Shown here: positions 28,558-37,617 of the stretch, piece after piece
Numbering within the stretch: position 1 is the stretch's first letter
Layout of the letters: each line of letters begins with the position of its first letter
Notes under the pieces: generated by a model
The model's input: only the letters and a program-made list of their open reading frames with translations
Told to the model about the DNA's origin: nothing
Database searches by the model: none
Position numbers and translations under genes: made by a program
IMG/VR virus record: IMGVR_UViG_3300042090_002485
Coordinates: 96,001-160,000 of that record
DNA length: 64,000 bases
Reading direction: 5' to 3' (one strand)
Origin: a virus

Positions 28558-28808
28558 CCTACCTCGAGTGGTACGTGGAACAGCTGAACGCGCAGCTCGA
28601 GGTCGGCGGTACTGAAGCTGAAGTCGAGCACGCGGTCACCGAGTTCAACAAACCCACGCGCGGTGGCTTCGAGAAGTACGCCGCCGACAAGGCCTTCAAC
28701 TGTGCGACCTGTGGCGACCTCCTCATCGCCGCTAGTCCCCTTCCCCCTCTAGACCAGGAGATCGCGTGCCCGAAGTGCGCACCACTGACGACGGCCAAGT
28801 CGTCGTGA
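28554..28808 (+). CDS. Zinc-ribbon protein (84 aa)
   Basis: CATCG...CPKC; GTGA overlap. Confidence 0.7.
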   Translation: MTYLEWYVEQLNAQLEVGGTEAEVEHAVTEFNKPTRGGFEKYAADKAFNCATCGDLLIAASPLPPLDQEIACPKCAPLTTAKSS

Positions 28809-28960
28809 AGACCAAGTCCAACGTTCTGCCGTTCCCGTCTCTGCAGCGCGCGCCCGCCGACGCGCCGCCCCCGCTGCCATTCGTCTTCGCCCTCATCGGC
28901 GTCGCGAGCGTCGTCGCCGGCGCATTGCTGGCGTGGTTGATGGTTCGAGCCTGGCTGTAG
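28766..28960 (+). CDS. Small membrane protein (about 64 aa)
   Basis: C-terminal hydrophobic stretch FVFALIGVASVVAGALLAWLMV. Confidence 0.55.
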   Translation: MPEVRTTDDGQVVVKTKSNVLPFPSLQRAPADAPPPLPFVFALIGVASVVAGALLAWLMVRAWL

Positions 28961-28965
28961 CTGCC

Positions 28966-29721
28966 ATGGGCGGACTCCAGGTCAACGTCCACGTCGACGC
29001 GCGCGCCGCAATCACCGCGGGCAAGACACGCGTGGGTTCGCAGGGCTTCACCGTGTCCGAGGAGGAACTCGCGGTGCTGCCTCTTGCGGAGCGCCTCGAG
29101 CTGGCCCTGGCTTACGAGGCTAACGAGGTGATCGGGACGACACCCGGAGAACCCGTCATCGTCGAGCCGACGCTCGAAGCTGTCAAGCCCGTCTTGGCTC
29201 GCCGTGCAGCGAAGCGCGCCGAGGTCGAGGCCGAGCGCGCCCGCGTGGAGGTCCGCCAGAAGGAAGAAGCGGCCGTGACCGCCCGGACAGCGACCGACCG
29301 CAACAACGCTCGCTCTCGCGCGCTGCGTGCGTGGGTCGACAAGCATGGTGACGACAACCAGAAGGCTCGGATGGCCGAGGGCTTCCTTCCCGAGGCGGAG
29401 ATCCTCGAAGACGTCTGCGACGAGCTGCTCGAGCTGACGGGTTTCTCCGCCTACGACCCGCTCAATCGTGGCCACGCATGCGAGTGCGCGTGCGCCGGCG
29501 ACGTTGTGATGTCCGTGCGAGCGCCGCAGTACCTCGACGACCGCCAGTTCTCTCGACTCCAGGCCGCGCGCGAGGATGCCCCCGAGGGCGCCGTCGTGAC
29601 GGTGCATGAACACAAGGCTGCCTGCCCGAGCTGCCCCTGCGTACCCATCGCGCGCCTCGAAGTGCGCCTGACGATGGAATGGCACGGCTTCGAGCTGGTG
29701 CGGCAATACAAGCTGGACTAG
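28966..29721 (+). CDS. Hypothetical protein with coiled coil and Cys/His cluster (251 aa)
   Basis: ATG 5 nt after upstream stop; HACECAC and CPSCPC. Confidence 0.75.
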   Translation: MGGLQVNVHVDARAAITAGKTRVGSQGFTVSEEELAVLPLAERLELALAYEANEVIGTTPGEPVIVEPTLEAVKPVLARRAAKRAEVEAERARVEVRQKEEAAVTARTATDRNNARSRALRAWVDKHGDDNQKARMAEGFLPEAEILEDVCDELLELTGFSAYDPLNRGHACECACAGDVVMSVRAPQYLDDRQFSRLQAAREDAPEGAVVTVHEHKAACPSCPCVPIARLEVRLTMEWHGFELVRQYKLD

Positions 29722-29746
29722 CGCCAGCACAAAGAAAGGCTCGGCA

Positions 29747-30247
29747 TTGCCGAAGCAACCATGGACCGTCATCGCCACGTACGACGAGGACGGTACGCAG
29801 TTCTATGCCGTGGTCGAGGCCAGAGGCGCTGCTGAAGCGCTTCGCCAGGCCAAGCTCAAAGCGGACGGTATCGTCCTCTGGAGCGCGGCGGCGATCTTTG
29901 AGGGCAAAGTCAAGCCTGTCGACCTGAGCAACATCGCTGATGTCGTGCCGCTACGCGGGCACGGCCACGAAATCGAGGTGACGCTCATCCGTGTTGCCCG
30001 TCGCAGAGTGGTGATCCCGGCGCGTTGTCCCAAGTGCAGGCGCGACTTGTCGCGAGCGCGCTCGATGATCGAGACCTACTTCACCGAGAACAGCTGGGCG
30101 GTGCACCTTGCGCACGACGGTAAGTCCGTCGAACACGACCGCGATGGCGGCACGCGCGGCGCAGCAAGCCCGGCGCACGAGCTGGTTCAGTTGGCGTGCA
30201 GCAGCTGCAGCAAGCTCATCTGGGAGGGCAAGCATGTCGAAGCGTAA
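29747..30247 (+). CDS. Hypothetical protein with zinc ribbon (166 aa)
   Basis: CPKC...CSSC; TTG start. Confidence 0.65.
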   Translation: MPKQPWTVIATYDEDGTQFYAVVEARGAAEALRQAKLKADGIVLWSAAAIFEGKVKPVDLSNIADVVPLRGHGHEIEVTLIRVARRRVVIPARCPKCRRDLSRARSMIETYFTENSWAVHLAHDGKSVEHDRDGGTRGAASPAHELVQLACSSCSKLIWEGKHVEA

Positions 30248-31013
30248 GCTCCAGGTCATCCGCGACGCGACGCCCGAGGTCGCTGACGATGACATCCCGG
30301 ACATGTTGTTCCTGTCGAACAACGACAAGACCGGCATCTCCATCAACGCGTCCATCGCCCGGTCGTGCCGACCAACGCCGGCGTGTGGCGTCTACTGCTA
30401 CGGCCTGGACGGCCGCATCGCGATGCCGGCGGCCCTCAAGCGCCAGGCCGAGAACTCGGCGATGTTCGGGATGGACCCCGAGAGCTGGGGCACGCTCGCG
30501 GACGAGGCGACCGACGTGTGCCACGTCGTGTCGCGCCAGCAGGACTTTCTGCGCATGTTCGGTGTGGGTGACCTGCAGTCGGGCTCCGTCTACTTCATCA
30601 ACCAGCTGTCGCTCTACGCCAAGCACGCCAAGCCCAAGTTCCGCATCTGGGTGTCGACACGCAAGTTCGACTTGGCGGCGAACCTCGTCGACCACGACAA
30701 CCTGCACGTCATGCTCAGCTTCGACTCGAGTACGCCCGCCCGGTGGCGGACCGAAGGGCTGAAGCTACTGGCACAGCGCCGCCCGCAGTTCTTCGCGGCG
30801 TGGGTGCGGCAGGAGAAGGGCGAGCGCGTGCCCCCGTGGGTCGACGTCGTGTTCGAGATGCACCGGCACGGGCACGGCCGCGCGAACCGTCCAGCGCACG
30901 CCAAGGCCTGCCCGGCGACCATCCACAAGAACCAACCGGGCTCGGTGGAGTTGACCGGCGCGTGCGCGAAGTGCAGGTTCTGCTTCGACACGAAGAAGCG
31001 AGGTCGCACATGA
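30234..31013 (+). CDS. Gp88-like (radical-SAM-related) phage protein (259 aa)
   Basis: SNNDKTG...CRPTPACGVYCY...FLRMFGVGDL...CPA...CAKCRFC recalls the phage gp88 family. Confidence 0.65.
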   Translation: MSKRKLQVIRDATPEVADDDIPDMLFLSNNDKTGISINASIARSCRPTPACGVYCYGLDGRIAMPAALKRQAENSAMFGMDPESWGTLADEATDVCHVVSRQQDFLRMFGVGDLQSGSVYFINQLSLYAKHAKPKFRIWVSTRKFDLAANLVDHDNLHVMLSFDSSTPARWRTEGLKLLAQRRPQFFAAWVRQEKGERVPPWVDVVFEMHRHGHGRANRPAHAKACPATIHKNQPGSVELTGACAKCRFCFDTKKRGRT

Positions 31014-31321
31014 AGATCAAGGTCTACAACCCCGTCGACGAGGTCGACAAGAAGCGGCCGCTGCTCGAGCACGACGACTTGAACGAGCTGCTCCGCGTGC
31101 GGCTCACGGTCAACGACGAGGTGTTCGAGTTGACCGGGGGCGGGGGCCTGCTGGCGCTGCGCTCGATCAGCGGCAAGCAGCTGGTCGTGCGCCCGCGCGC
31201 GTCGAACATGATCGAGTTCGATGTCGTGCCGTGGCAGACCGAGTCGTCGCTGCCGGAGTACGGCAGCCGGAAGCGCACGCCGAGCCGCGCGCCGCGCGCG
31301 AAACGACGCAGCCGTGACTAG
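31010..31321 (+). CDS. Hypothetical protein (103 aa)
   Basis: ATGA overlap. Confidence 0.7.
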   Translation: MKIKVYNPVDEVDKKRPLLEHDDLNELLRVRLTVNDEVFELTGGGGLLALRSISGKQLVVRPRASNMIEFDVVPWQTESSLPEYGSRKRTPSRAPRAKRRSRD

Positions 31322-31766
31322 GTTCCGGCGGCAAACGCGCGACAGCATCATCCCCGGCAACTTCCTGCCGCCCTACACCATCGACCGCATCATCATGCGC
31401 GTTACCGGCGTTGGCCACGGCGCGGCGCGCATCGAGGGCGCCTGTGCCATCACGACGTGCTGCGGCGGGTGCTTCAACCTGCCCAACCCGGCCAACGTCC
31501 TGGCAGGCATCGCGACGTGCGTGCTGTGCGTGAACTGCCGGGGCTGCCCGGCGTGTCGCGAGGGCTGGGTGCGTGAGGAGACGATGCGGCTCGGCAAGTG
31601 GGTGACCAAGGACGGGCGCATGCTCTACCCATTCGAGATGGACAGCGTCCACCTGACCAACTCGATCAGGAAGCTCAAGCGCGACAAGACGCACTTCAAG
31701 CAGGCCTGGGAGACGTGGGTCGAGATCCTCGAAGCCGAGGCCAAACAACGTGCCCTGGATTGGTAA
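31314..31766 (+). CDS. HCCC zinc-finger domain 3 fused to a C-terminal WxTKDGR domain (150 aa)
   Basis: TGVGH...TTCC...IATCVLC then KWVTKDGRMLYPFEMDSVHLTNSI. Confidence 0.7.
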   Translation: MTRFRRQTRDSIIPGNFLPPYTIDRIIMRVTGVGHGAARIEGACAITTCCGGCFNLPNPANVLAGIATCVLCVNCRGCPACREGWVREETMRLGKWVTKDGRMLYPFEMDSVHLTNSIRKLKRDKTHFKQAWETWVEILEAEAKQRALDW

Positions 31767-31774
31767 AAGAACAG

Positions 31775-32188
31775 GTGAAGACATCATCCAAACTCAAGCC
31801 GCTCGAGCCTGTTGACCACGCGCGCTGCCAAGCCGACATCAAGTCAGCGTACAACCCCTTCATCTTCGGCGGAGACGTCGGTGGGAAGTGGGGCCGCTGC
31901 AAGAACAAGCCGATCTGGTACGCCCGTGAGGTCGAGGTCGACGCTAATGGGCGCCGAGGCGCGATGTCACTCTGCGACGAGTGCAAGGTCGAGTGCGAGA
32001 AACGCGTGAAGCGGGCCATATCGTTCGAGCCGCTCGTCGACTGGAACGACAAGTTCCACCAGCTCTACGAGAACCCGAATTGCGTGCCGCGCGAGGAGGT
32101 CGCGCGAGTGCTGCAGGACGCTGGCGCCAACGCGGAGACGGCCGCGGCGTTCGAGCAGCTCATCTTGGGCCACTGGCCGCGCCGGTGA
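31775..32188 (+). CDS. Hypothetical Cys-containing protein (137 aa)
   Basis: RCQ...RC...LCDEC; start uncertain. Confidence 0.6.
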   Translation: MKTSSKLKPLEPVDHARCQADIKSAYNPFIFGGDVGGKWGRCKNKPIWYAREVEVDANGRRGAMSLCDECKVECEKRVKRAISFEPLVDWNDKFHQLYENPNCVPREEVARVLQDAGANAETAAAFEQLILGHWPRR

Positions 32189-32376
32189 CGCTGTCGTACT
32201 ACGCGAAGGGGCCTCTCGTCCATGTCATGTATCGCGGCAACCAGGACCTGGTCTACCACTGGCCGCCCCATCACGAATACCGGTCCCTATGGATGGCGTC
32301 CCGTATCGAGGACCAGCCGATCACCTGCGTCGAATGCCTGGCATTTGTTTGCGCACCGCCCACGTTGGTGCGATAA
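32185..32376 (+). CDS. HCCC zinc-finger microprotein 4 (central ligand may be His)
   Basis: GPLVH...YHWPPHH...PITCVECLA; GTGA overlap. Confidence 0.65.
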   Translation: MTLSYYAKGPLVHVMYRGNQDLVYHWPPHHEYRSLWMASRIEDQPITCVECLAFVCAPPTLVR

Positions 32377-32378
32377 AC
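32364..32378 (+). promoter_or_regulatory. GTT-N6-ATAAAC element
   Basis: GTTGGTGCGATAAAC, 7 nt upstream of the MazG-like ATG. Confidence 0.6.
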
Positions 32379-32385
32379 ATGGCCC

Positions 32386-32772
32386 ATGCACATCAACGAG
32401 TACCAGGTCCTCGCCGCCGTCACCGAGTTCACCCCCGACTTCGTCCGCCTAGGGCAGGGCCCCGAGCACGACATGATGGTCGCGCGCCTCCTGCACTCGA
32501 CCTTGGGCATGATGACTGAGGTCGGCGAGTTCGCCGACATGCTGAAGCGGCACATCTTCTACGGCAAGGCCCTCGACGAGGTCAACCTGCTGGAGGAAAA
32601 CGGCGATCTGGCTTGGTACCAAGCACTGGCCCTGAACGCGACGAAAAAGAACCTCGAGGAGTGCCTCGAGAAGAACATCGCCAAGCTCAAGGCCCGGTTC
32701 GGCGACAAGTTCACGCAGCACGCGGCGCTCAACCGCGACCTGGCCAAGGAGCGGGCTGAACTGGAGAAGTGA
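32386..32772 (+). CDS. mazG: MazG-like nucleotide pyrophosphohydrolase (128 aa)
   Basis: LGMMTEVGEFADMLKRHIFYGK...EENGDLAWY...NIAKLKARF. Confidence 0.88.
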   Translation: MHINEYQVLAAVTEFTPDFVRLGQGPEHDMMVARLLHSTLGMMTEVGEFADMLKRHIFYGKALDEVNLLEENGDLAWYQALALNATKKNLEECLEKNIAKLKARFGDKFTQHAALNRDLAKERAELEK

Positions 32773-32773
32773 C

Positions 32774-33052
32774 ATGAAGATCGAGGTGGACGGCGTCGAG
32801 CTGACAATTACGCGGACCGCGTCCATGCTTCGCGTAGCGCGCGTCGTTGGAAGAGACCGCAAGGCGAAGAAGGACATCATAAACCACGTGGACGTCGTTG
32901 ACGACGGCTTCTTGCTGCTCCGTGCCATGCGCCGTGTCGCCAAGTGGACGCCCGAGGGCTGTACGTGTACGTATGGCTACGGCTGGAGCGACCACGACGC
33001 CCACTGCAAGAGCATCTACAAGGCCCAGGAGTACGTCGACTTCGACGACTAA
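32774..33052 (+). CDS. Hypothetical protein (92 aa)
   Basis: ATG 1 nt after the mazG stop; CTC...H..HC. Confidence 0.7.
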   Translation: MKIEVDGVELTITRTASMLRVARVVGRDRKAKKDIINHVDVVDDGFLLLRAMRRVAKWTPEGCTCTYGYGWSDHDAHCKSIYKAQEYVDFDD

Positions 33053-33132
33053 CATTGGAGGATGAAGTTGCTGCGCGAGCACTGGGGAGCCATCGTCATC
33101 ATCGCGGCAATCGTTCTGGGAGCAGTCGGACA

Positions 33133-33474
33133 ATGCGGGCAAGAGCTAAAACCGTACCGAGCGACGGACGCGTGCGGCGGACCGGGCAGCCGCCCCGTGA
33201 CGATTGGTGGGATGCCCGTGGCCTGCCAGTAGTCGGCGACATCGTCCACTTCCACTACGAAAACGAGCGGCGACGCGGCAACTTCGTACGCGTTGTCGAG
33301 GTCTTGACGCCCGCCAAGATCTACAAGCCACCGTGGTTCATGGTTGTCCTGATCGAGAAGCTTTGGTGGATGGCGAGTGCCTCGCGAGCGCCGCTGGGCC
33401 AGCTTCGTCCCGTCGTGTGGACACCAGAGGGCCCGCGTTGCGTCGCATGTGAGCTGATCTACAACAAGAGGTGA
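33133..33474 (+). CDS. Hypothetical protein (about 113 aa, start uncertain)
   Basis: SH3-like LPVVGDIVHFHY...VRVVEV; ends CVAC; GTGA overlap with next gene. Confidence 0.5.
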   Translation: MRARAKTVPSDGRVRRTGQPPRDDWWDARGLPVVGDIVHFHYENERRRGNFVRVVEVLTPAKIYKPPWFMVVLIEKLWWMASASRAPLGQLRPVVWTPEGPRCVACELIYNKR

Positions 33475-34337
33475 CCATGTTCGGATTGTTCGGCTTCGGG
33501 ATGTCCCCGGAGATGGAGAAGCGCCAGCGCGAGCGTGAACGCGCCGAACGCGCTGAGCGTATGAAGGAGGCTGTGGCCTGGGACCCCAAGGTGAACTGGA
33601 CGCCCCGGCTGACGATCAAGGCCGAGACGTGGCCGTCGTGGGACCTGTTCTCGCCGCCCCCGTCAACTTGCCACGACGTCAACGACGAGACCGACGAATC
33701 CAAGCTCGTGTTCTCCCCATGCGGTCGGTTCGTGTTCTACCGCAAGACCCTCAAGAAGGGAGGCAAGCTGCTTACGCTGTCCGGGTCGCGTGAAGGCAAC
33801 GTGATGTTCGACGGCGACGTGTACATCCCGGCGCTGCACGAGAAGACCCGCAACGGTGAGCGCTGGCACGAGCACCCATGGATGAGCGTCACGCCGATGG
33901 AGCTGATGACACAGCGTCCAGGTGTACGCTTCGCTAAGGGCCACACCATCGTCGGCGGTCTCGGCATGGGGTGGGCACTCGTCCAGATCTTGCTCAAGAA
34001 GACGGTGACGCGGGTGACGCTCGTGGAGCGGTCGCAAGCGCTCGTCGACTGGTTGCTACCGCGCGTGAAGCAGCTGCACCTTTCGGCGTTCGACAAGCAG
34101 CTCGACATCGTCGTCGGCGATGCCTACGAAGTCATCCCGGCAATGACCGCCGATGTCGCGGTGATCGACATCTTCGACGGCTACGGCGGCAATGACTTCC
34201 TCGAGGGCGTCATGAACCGGATGCGCAACGCGCTGCCGTCAGGGCAGCGCTGGAAGACGGAGCTTGGACCGCCGTGTCCGAACATCGGACGCGTATGGTC
34301 GTGGGGGAAAGCAGAGGTCAGCGACGGCGGCTGGTGA
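33471..34337 (+). CDS. Class I SAM-dependent methyltransferase, spermidine-synthase-like (288 aa)
   Basis: WMSVTPME...IVGGLGMG...VTLVERS...IVVGDAY...IDIF. Confidence 0.8.
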   Translation: MTMFGLFGFGMSPEMEKRQRERERAERAERMKEAVAWDPKVNWTPRLTIKAETWPSWDLFSPPPSTCHDVNDETDESKLVFSPCGRFVFYRKTLKKGGKLLTLSGSREGNVMFDGDVYIPALHEKTRNGERWHEHPWMSVTPMELMTQRPGVRFAKGHTIVGGLGMGWALVQILLKKTVTRVTLVERSQALVDWLLPRVKQLHLSAFDKQLDIVVGDAYEVIPAMTADVAVIDIFDGYGGNDFLEGVMNRMRNALPSGQRWKTELGPPCPNIGRVWSWGKAEVSDGGW

Positions 34338-34561
34338 TGCTGTTCGCTGTCGTCCGCTGGAACAACGTCGTCCACGCTGCCATCGGCCTCAACGGTACGT
34401 GGGTTGAGGGCCGCGCGGTCGCTCACTGCGGTCAGAAGATGAAGCTGTACCGCGGCAGCAAGAACAAGGTAACGAAGCAACCCGTGACGTGCGTGCTGTG
34501 CGTCGCGAAGGAGATCGCCTGTGAACAAACGGAACCGAACCAGCAACAAGGCCCTGCGTGA
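34337..34561 (+). CDS. HCCC zinc-finger microprotein 5
   Basis: WNNVVH...AHCG...PVTCVLCVA; TGATG overlap. Confidence 0.7.
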   Translation: MLFAVVRWNNVVHAAIGLNGTWVEGRAVAHCGQKMKLYRGSKNKVTKQPVTCVLCVAKEIACEQTEPNQQQGPA

Positions 34562-34859
34562 CGCCATCGCCAAGACCGTCGGTGCGCGCGTCGCCCACGT
34601 CCTGGGCATCATGCGCGTCCAGGGCTGGAAGTTCCCGAACAGCTGTGACGTCGGCGTCAGCATTCTCGAAGATGGCCGACGAACCGCGCGCGTCGCCATG
34701 CGCATCGACGACGTGAGCACGCACGCGACGCTGGCTACCAGCACGCTGGGCGGCGGCGACGTCGACGAGGCGGTCGACAACGTGGTCGCGTTGTGGCTCA
34801 AGAAGCACGCGACGGTGCGGCCGGGTACGCGGCAGCGGCAGGTCCTGGTGCCGGCGTGA
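34521..34859 (+). CDS. Hypothetical basic protein (112 aa)
   Basis: GTG start after GGAG; coding-like. Confidence 0.65.
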   Translation: MNKRNRTSNKALRDAIAKTVGARVAHVLGIMRVQGWKFPNSCDVGVSILEDGRRTARVAMRIDDVSTHATLATSTLGGGDVDEAVDNVVALWLKKHATVRPGTRQRQVLVPA

Positions 34860-35155
34860 CCAACGCCGCCGACACATCGATGTACGGGCGTAGTGGTCGC
34901 CGAATGTCGACCGACCCACTCATCAGCTTGTTCTACTCGCTGCTACGCGATCACATCCAGCCCAGCGACCTCGAGGCGCTCGTGCGCGAGGCTTGCGACG
35001 CCCGCGGCGCACTCACGCACTTCACGAACGGCTGGCTCGCGGACTACGCCGAGGACCTAGCGTTGCGCCTTCGCCAAGCGCACCGCGGTAGCGTCGAAAA
35101 GGCCTCCAAGGAGGACGTTGTTGCCGAAGCGACTTCCCCATTGCCGTCTCGGTGA
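34856..35155 (+). CDS. Hypothetical protein (99 aa)
   Basis: LFYSLLRDHI...FTNGWLADYAEDLA; GTGA overlap. Confidence 0.65.
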   Translation: MTNAADTSMYGRSGRRMSTDPLISLFYSLLRDHIQPSDLEALVREACDARGALTHFTNGWLADYAEDLALRLRQAHRGSVEKASKEDVVAEATSPLPSR

Positions 35156-35357
35156 ACACGACTACCACCCGCTGCGCGGCGGCAAGTTCGAACGCTGCAC
35201 CAAGTGCAGCGACGTCTTCCCGTGCCGGCACGAGTGCTGGCACGCTGACTGCGCCTACGTGAAGGGCGTGCCCGTGCACCCAAAGACTGCGCCGTTCATC
35301 GGCAAGTTCGTCGACTTCTCGCGCGAGGGGCTCGTGCCCTGGAAGGACCGAAAGTGA
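35118..35357 (+). CDS. Cys/His-rich small protein (79 aa)
   Basis: C...H...CTKC...C.H.C.H.DC. Confidence 0.6.
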   Translation: MLPKRLPHCRLGEHDYHPLRGGKFERCTKCSDVFPCRHECWHADCAYVKGVPVHPKTAPFIGKFVDFSREGLVPWKDRK

Positions 35358-35587
35358 ACAACAAGAAGAAATCCCCGACGCCCGGCGCCCCGCTGTCGCC
35401 GCGCGAGCGACAGGTTCTCGATCTCGTCGTCGAGGGGTTGTCGAACAAGCTGATCGCAGATCGTCTGGGAATCAGCGAACACACGGCGAAGTTCTTCCTG
35501 CTTCGCGGGATGGCCAAGCTAAACGCGATCGGCAGCCGCACGCTCGCGGCCGTACGGTGGGACCGCCAGTGCCGCGCCCTGGTGTGA
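35354..35587 (+). CDS. LuxR/GerE-type HTH DNA-binding protein (77 aa)
   Basis: LSPRERQVLDLVVEGLSNKLIADRLGISEHTAK. Confidence 0.9.
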   Translation: MNNKKKSPTPGAPLSPRERQVLDLVVEGLSNKLIADRLGISEHTAKFFLLRGMAKLNAIGSRTLAAVRWDRQCRALV

Positions 35588-36057
35588 CGCTCGCTGACCT
35601 GCACGAACTTGCGATCGCATGGTGCCCGTTGGAAGCTCGTCGTGAAGACCTGCTTCGTATCGAGCGCGATTGGGCGCCCGCCCATGAACTAGCCCATGCG
35701 CTGATCGAACCACGGTGGCGCTGGGAGCGTGGCTACTACGCGCGCTGCTCGCTCGGGTTCTGTGAGTGCGGCGGGCATCGCGACGAATGCACCGTGTACG
35801 AAGCAGCCGCGATGATGATCTCGCATCGGCTCGTCCAAGCGGCAGGCGCGCCCGATCTCGCGGACAAGGAGGTCCAAAACACCAACGACTACGACATGAT
35901 CGATGACCACCACTGGGAGCAAGCCAAGGCACTGCTCAAGAGGAGGACGTTGTGGCCCGTGCCAAGGACGAGAAGAAGCCTCGAGCGCGCACTGAAGCGG
36001 CGCCTCAGAATACCGCGAGGCGGGCCACTACCGCCGCCCCTGAACATGAGACTCTGA
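35584..36057 (+). CDS. HExxH metallopeptidase, ImmA/IrrE-like (157 aa)
   Basis: AHELAHAL plus downstream YEAAA; GTGA overlap with the HTH gene. Confidence 0.6.
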   Translation: MTLADLHELAIAWCPLEARREDLLRIERDWAPAHELAHALIEPRWRWERGYYARCSLGFCECGGHRDECTVYEAAAMMISHRLVQAAGAPDLADKEVQNTNDYDMIDDHHWEQAKALLKRRTLWPVPRTRRSLERALKRRLRIPRGGPLPPPLNMRL

Positions 36058-36713
36058 CGATTCCGTCGATCCGTCGGTGTGTCGCCATCGCTGGACCTAC
36101 AGATGGCTGGCGAGGCAACTGCTATGCGGTGGCTTCGCAGCTGGTCGGAGCGAAGTTGATCCCCGGTTCAGCGGTGTACGGCCACTGGACCGGGCCGATC
36201 GCGAAGGACTCGTACTTCCACCGTCTCGGTGCCGGCGCCGGACCGTTCGTGCGGCACGGCTGGATCCTCCTGCCCGACGAACGCGTGTGCGACCCGACGC
36301 GCTGGGTGTTCGAGGACGTCGCGCCGTACCTGTACGTCGGCGAGGCCGACCACTACGATGAGGGCGGCGACAAGTTCCGCGTGGCGATGTACGGCGACCG
36401 TCCACCGCCCGCGCCGCAGGGCGAGTTGAAGCCATTCGAGCCCGAAGGCATCGCGCACGTGTGGGTCCGCAACCAGTTCCGCCCGTGGATGAAGACGCGC
36501 GAGACGCTGCTTGCCGACAACCAGGTGTTCCACCTGGCCAACATGCCGTACTCGTCGCTGAAGGAGGCGGTCGGGACCCGCGGCGTCAAGCACCTGTACG
36601 ATACGATCGCGCAGCGCACGCACACGGCGATCGCGTGGATCCCGGTGGACAACACGGAGCGCGCGCGGCGTGAGTGCGGGTTCAACCCGGACCCGTACTA
36701 CGAGGACAAGTAG
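35952..36713 (+). CDS. Hypothetical protein (up to 253 aa, start uncertain)
   Basis: GNCY...HG...HGWI...CDPT suggests a transglutaminase/papain-like Cys-His-Asp arrangement (inference). Confidence 0.6.
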   Translation: MARAKDEKKPRARTEAAPQNTARRATTAAPEHETLTIPSIRRCVAIAGPTDGWRGNCYAVASQLVGAKLIPGSAVYGHWTGPIAKDSYFHRLGAGAGPFVRHGWILLPDERVCDPTRWVFEDVAPYLYVGEADHYDEGGDKFRVAMYGDRPPPAPQGELKPFEPEGIAHVWVRNQFRPWMKTRETLLADNQVFHLANMPYSSLKEAVGTRGVKHLYDTIAQRTHTAIAWIPVDNTERARRECGFNPDPYYEDK

Positions 36714-36905
36714 ATGGGGTACAGCTACAAGGGGCCTCCGATCAAGAAGCGTCCTAAAGTCGTAACGGTCTCGAGGCCCGGTTCGCGCAACGGCTGGTGG
36801 ATGGGCAACTGCGCCAAGCACGGTCTGACCTCACATCAGACGCCGTTCGGCTGCGAGCAGTGCCAGCGTGAGCGCCTGGTGGCACAGGGGCTGGTGAAGC
36901 CGTGA
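36714..36905 (+). CDS. Small zinc-binding protein (63 aa)
   Basis: CAKHG...CEQC; starts immediately after the upstream stop. Confidence 0.65.
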   Translation: MGYSYKGPPIKKRPKVVTVSRPGSRNGWWMGNCAKHGLTSHQTPFGCEQCQRERLVAQGLVKP

Positions 36906-37075
36906 TCGCGGCCATCGCCATTTACATCGCCTCAGCGGGCGCCGTCGCGTGGCTGGTCCACGACCAGGCAGGCACGCCGGGACTTCGTGCTGTGGTCGCC
37001 GGGTTTACCTGGCCGACATGGCCGCTGTTGATCTTGGGCTCGTGGCTCCGCTACAAGTGGAAGCGGAGGCCCTGA
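36902..37075 (+). CDS. Small membrane protein (57 aa)
   Basis: MIAAIAIYIASAGAVAWLV...WPLLILGSWLRYKWKRRP; overlaps at both ends. Confidence 0.65.
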   Translation: MIAAIAIYIASAGAVAWLVHDQAGTPGLRAVVAGFTWPTWPLLILGSWLRYKWKRRP

Positions 37076-37590
37076 TGCTCGAGTGGCTGCTGAAGAAGAT
37101 CACCGCGAGGCTGCCCCACCGCACCATCTGCTCGCCGGATGGTCGGCCGTACCTGACCCGGTGGTACGTGTGGCCGCCGGGACCGCGCACCCAAGGTGAA
37201 GCTGACGAGGCGCATGTCGATGCGCCCTTCGCGGTGTTCCTGCACTTCTTCCACCGCAGCGACGAAGATCGTGCATGCCATTCGCATCCGTGGGACAAGA
37301 GCGCCGCGATCATCCTGTCGGGCGGCTACGTCGAGGAACGCGTGACCGAGGTCCACCTGGCCGGCACGCAGCACACGACCGTCGAGACCCGCACCAAGAC
37401 GTTTCGGCCTGGCGACGTCAACATCATCACCAAGGACGACTACCACCGCGTCGACCTGCTCTACCCCGACCGGGGCAGCTGGAGCCTCTTCGTCGCCGGC
37501 AAGAACGTCGGCAGCTGGGGCTTTCTCGACGCAACGTCGGGCAAGCATGTCGCGTGGCGGGATTACAACAAGACCGGGGACATGAAGTAG
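37075..37590 (+). CDS. Cupin-fold phage protein (171 aa)
   Basis: LHFFHRSDEDRACHSHPW...ILSGGYVEE...YHRVDL...SWSLF; GGAGG RBS. Confidence 0.75.
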   Translation: MLEWLLKKITARLPHRTICSPDGRPYLTRWYVWPPGPRTQGEADEAHVDAPFAVFLHFFHRSDEDRACHSHPWDKSAAIILSGGYVEERVTEVHLAGTQHTTVETRTKTFRPGDVNIITKDDYHRVDLLYPDRGSWSLFVAGKNVGSWGFLDATSGKHVAWRDYNKTGDMK

Positions 37591-37617
37591 CTCGCGCCCC
37601 ATATGGGCGCCTAGGAG

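Noticed and set aside
33062-33232. 56-aa hydrophobic ORF as a lipoprotein
   Set aside because: Lipobox does not fit (VGQC), the RBS abuts the ATG, and it overlaps the competing ORF 33133-33474; left unresolved.
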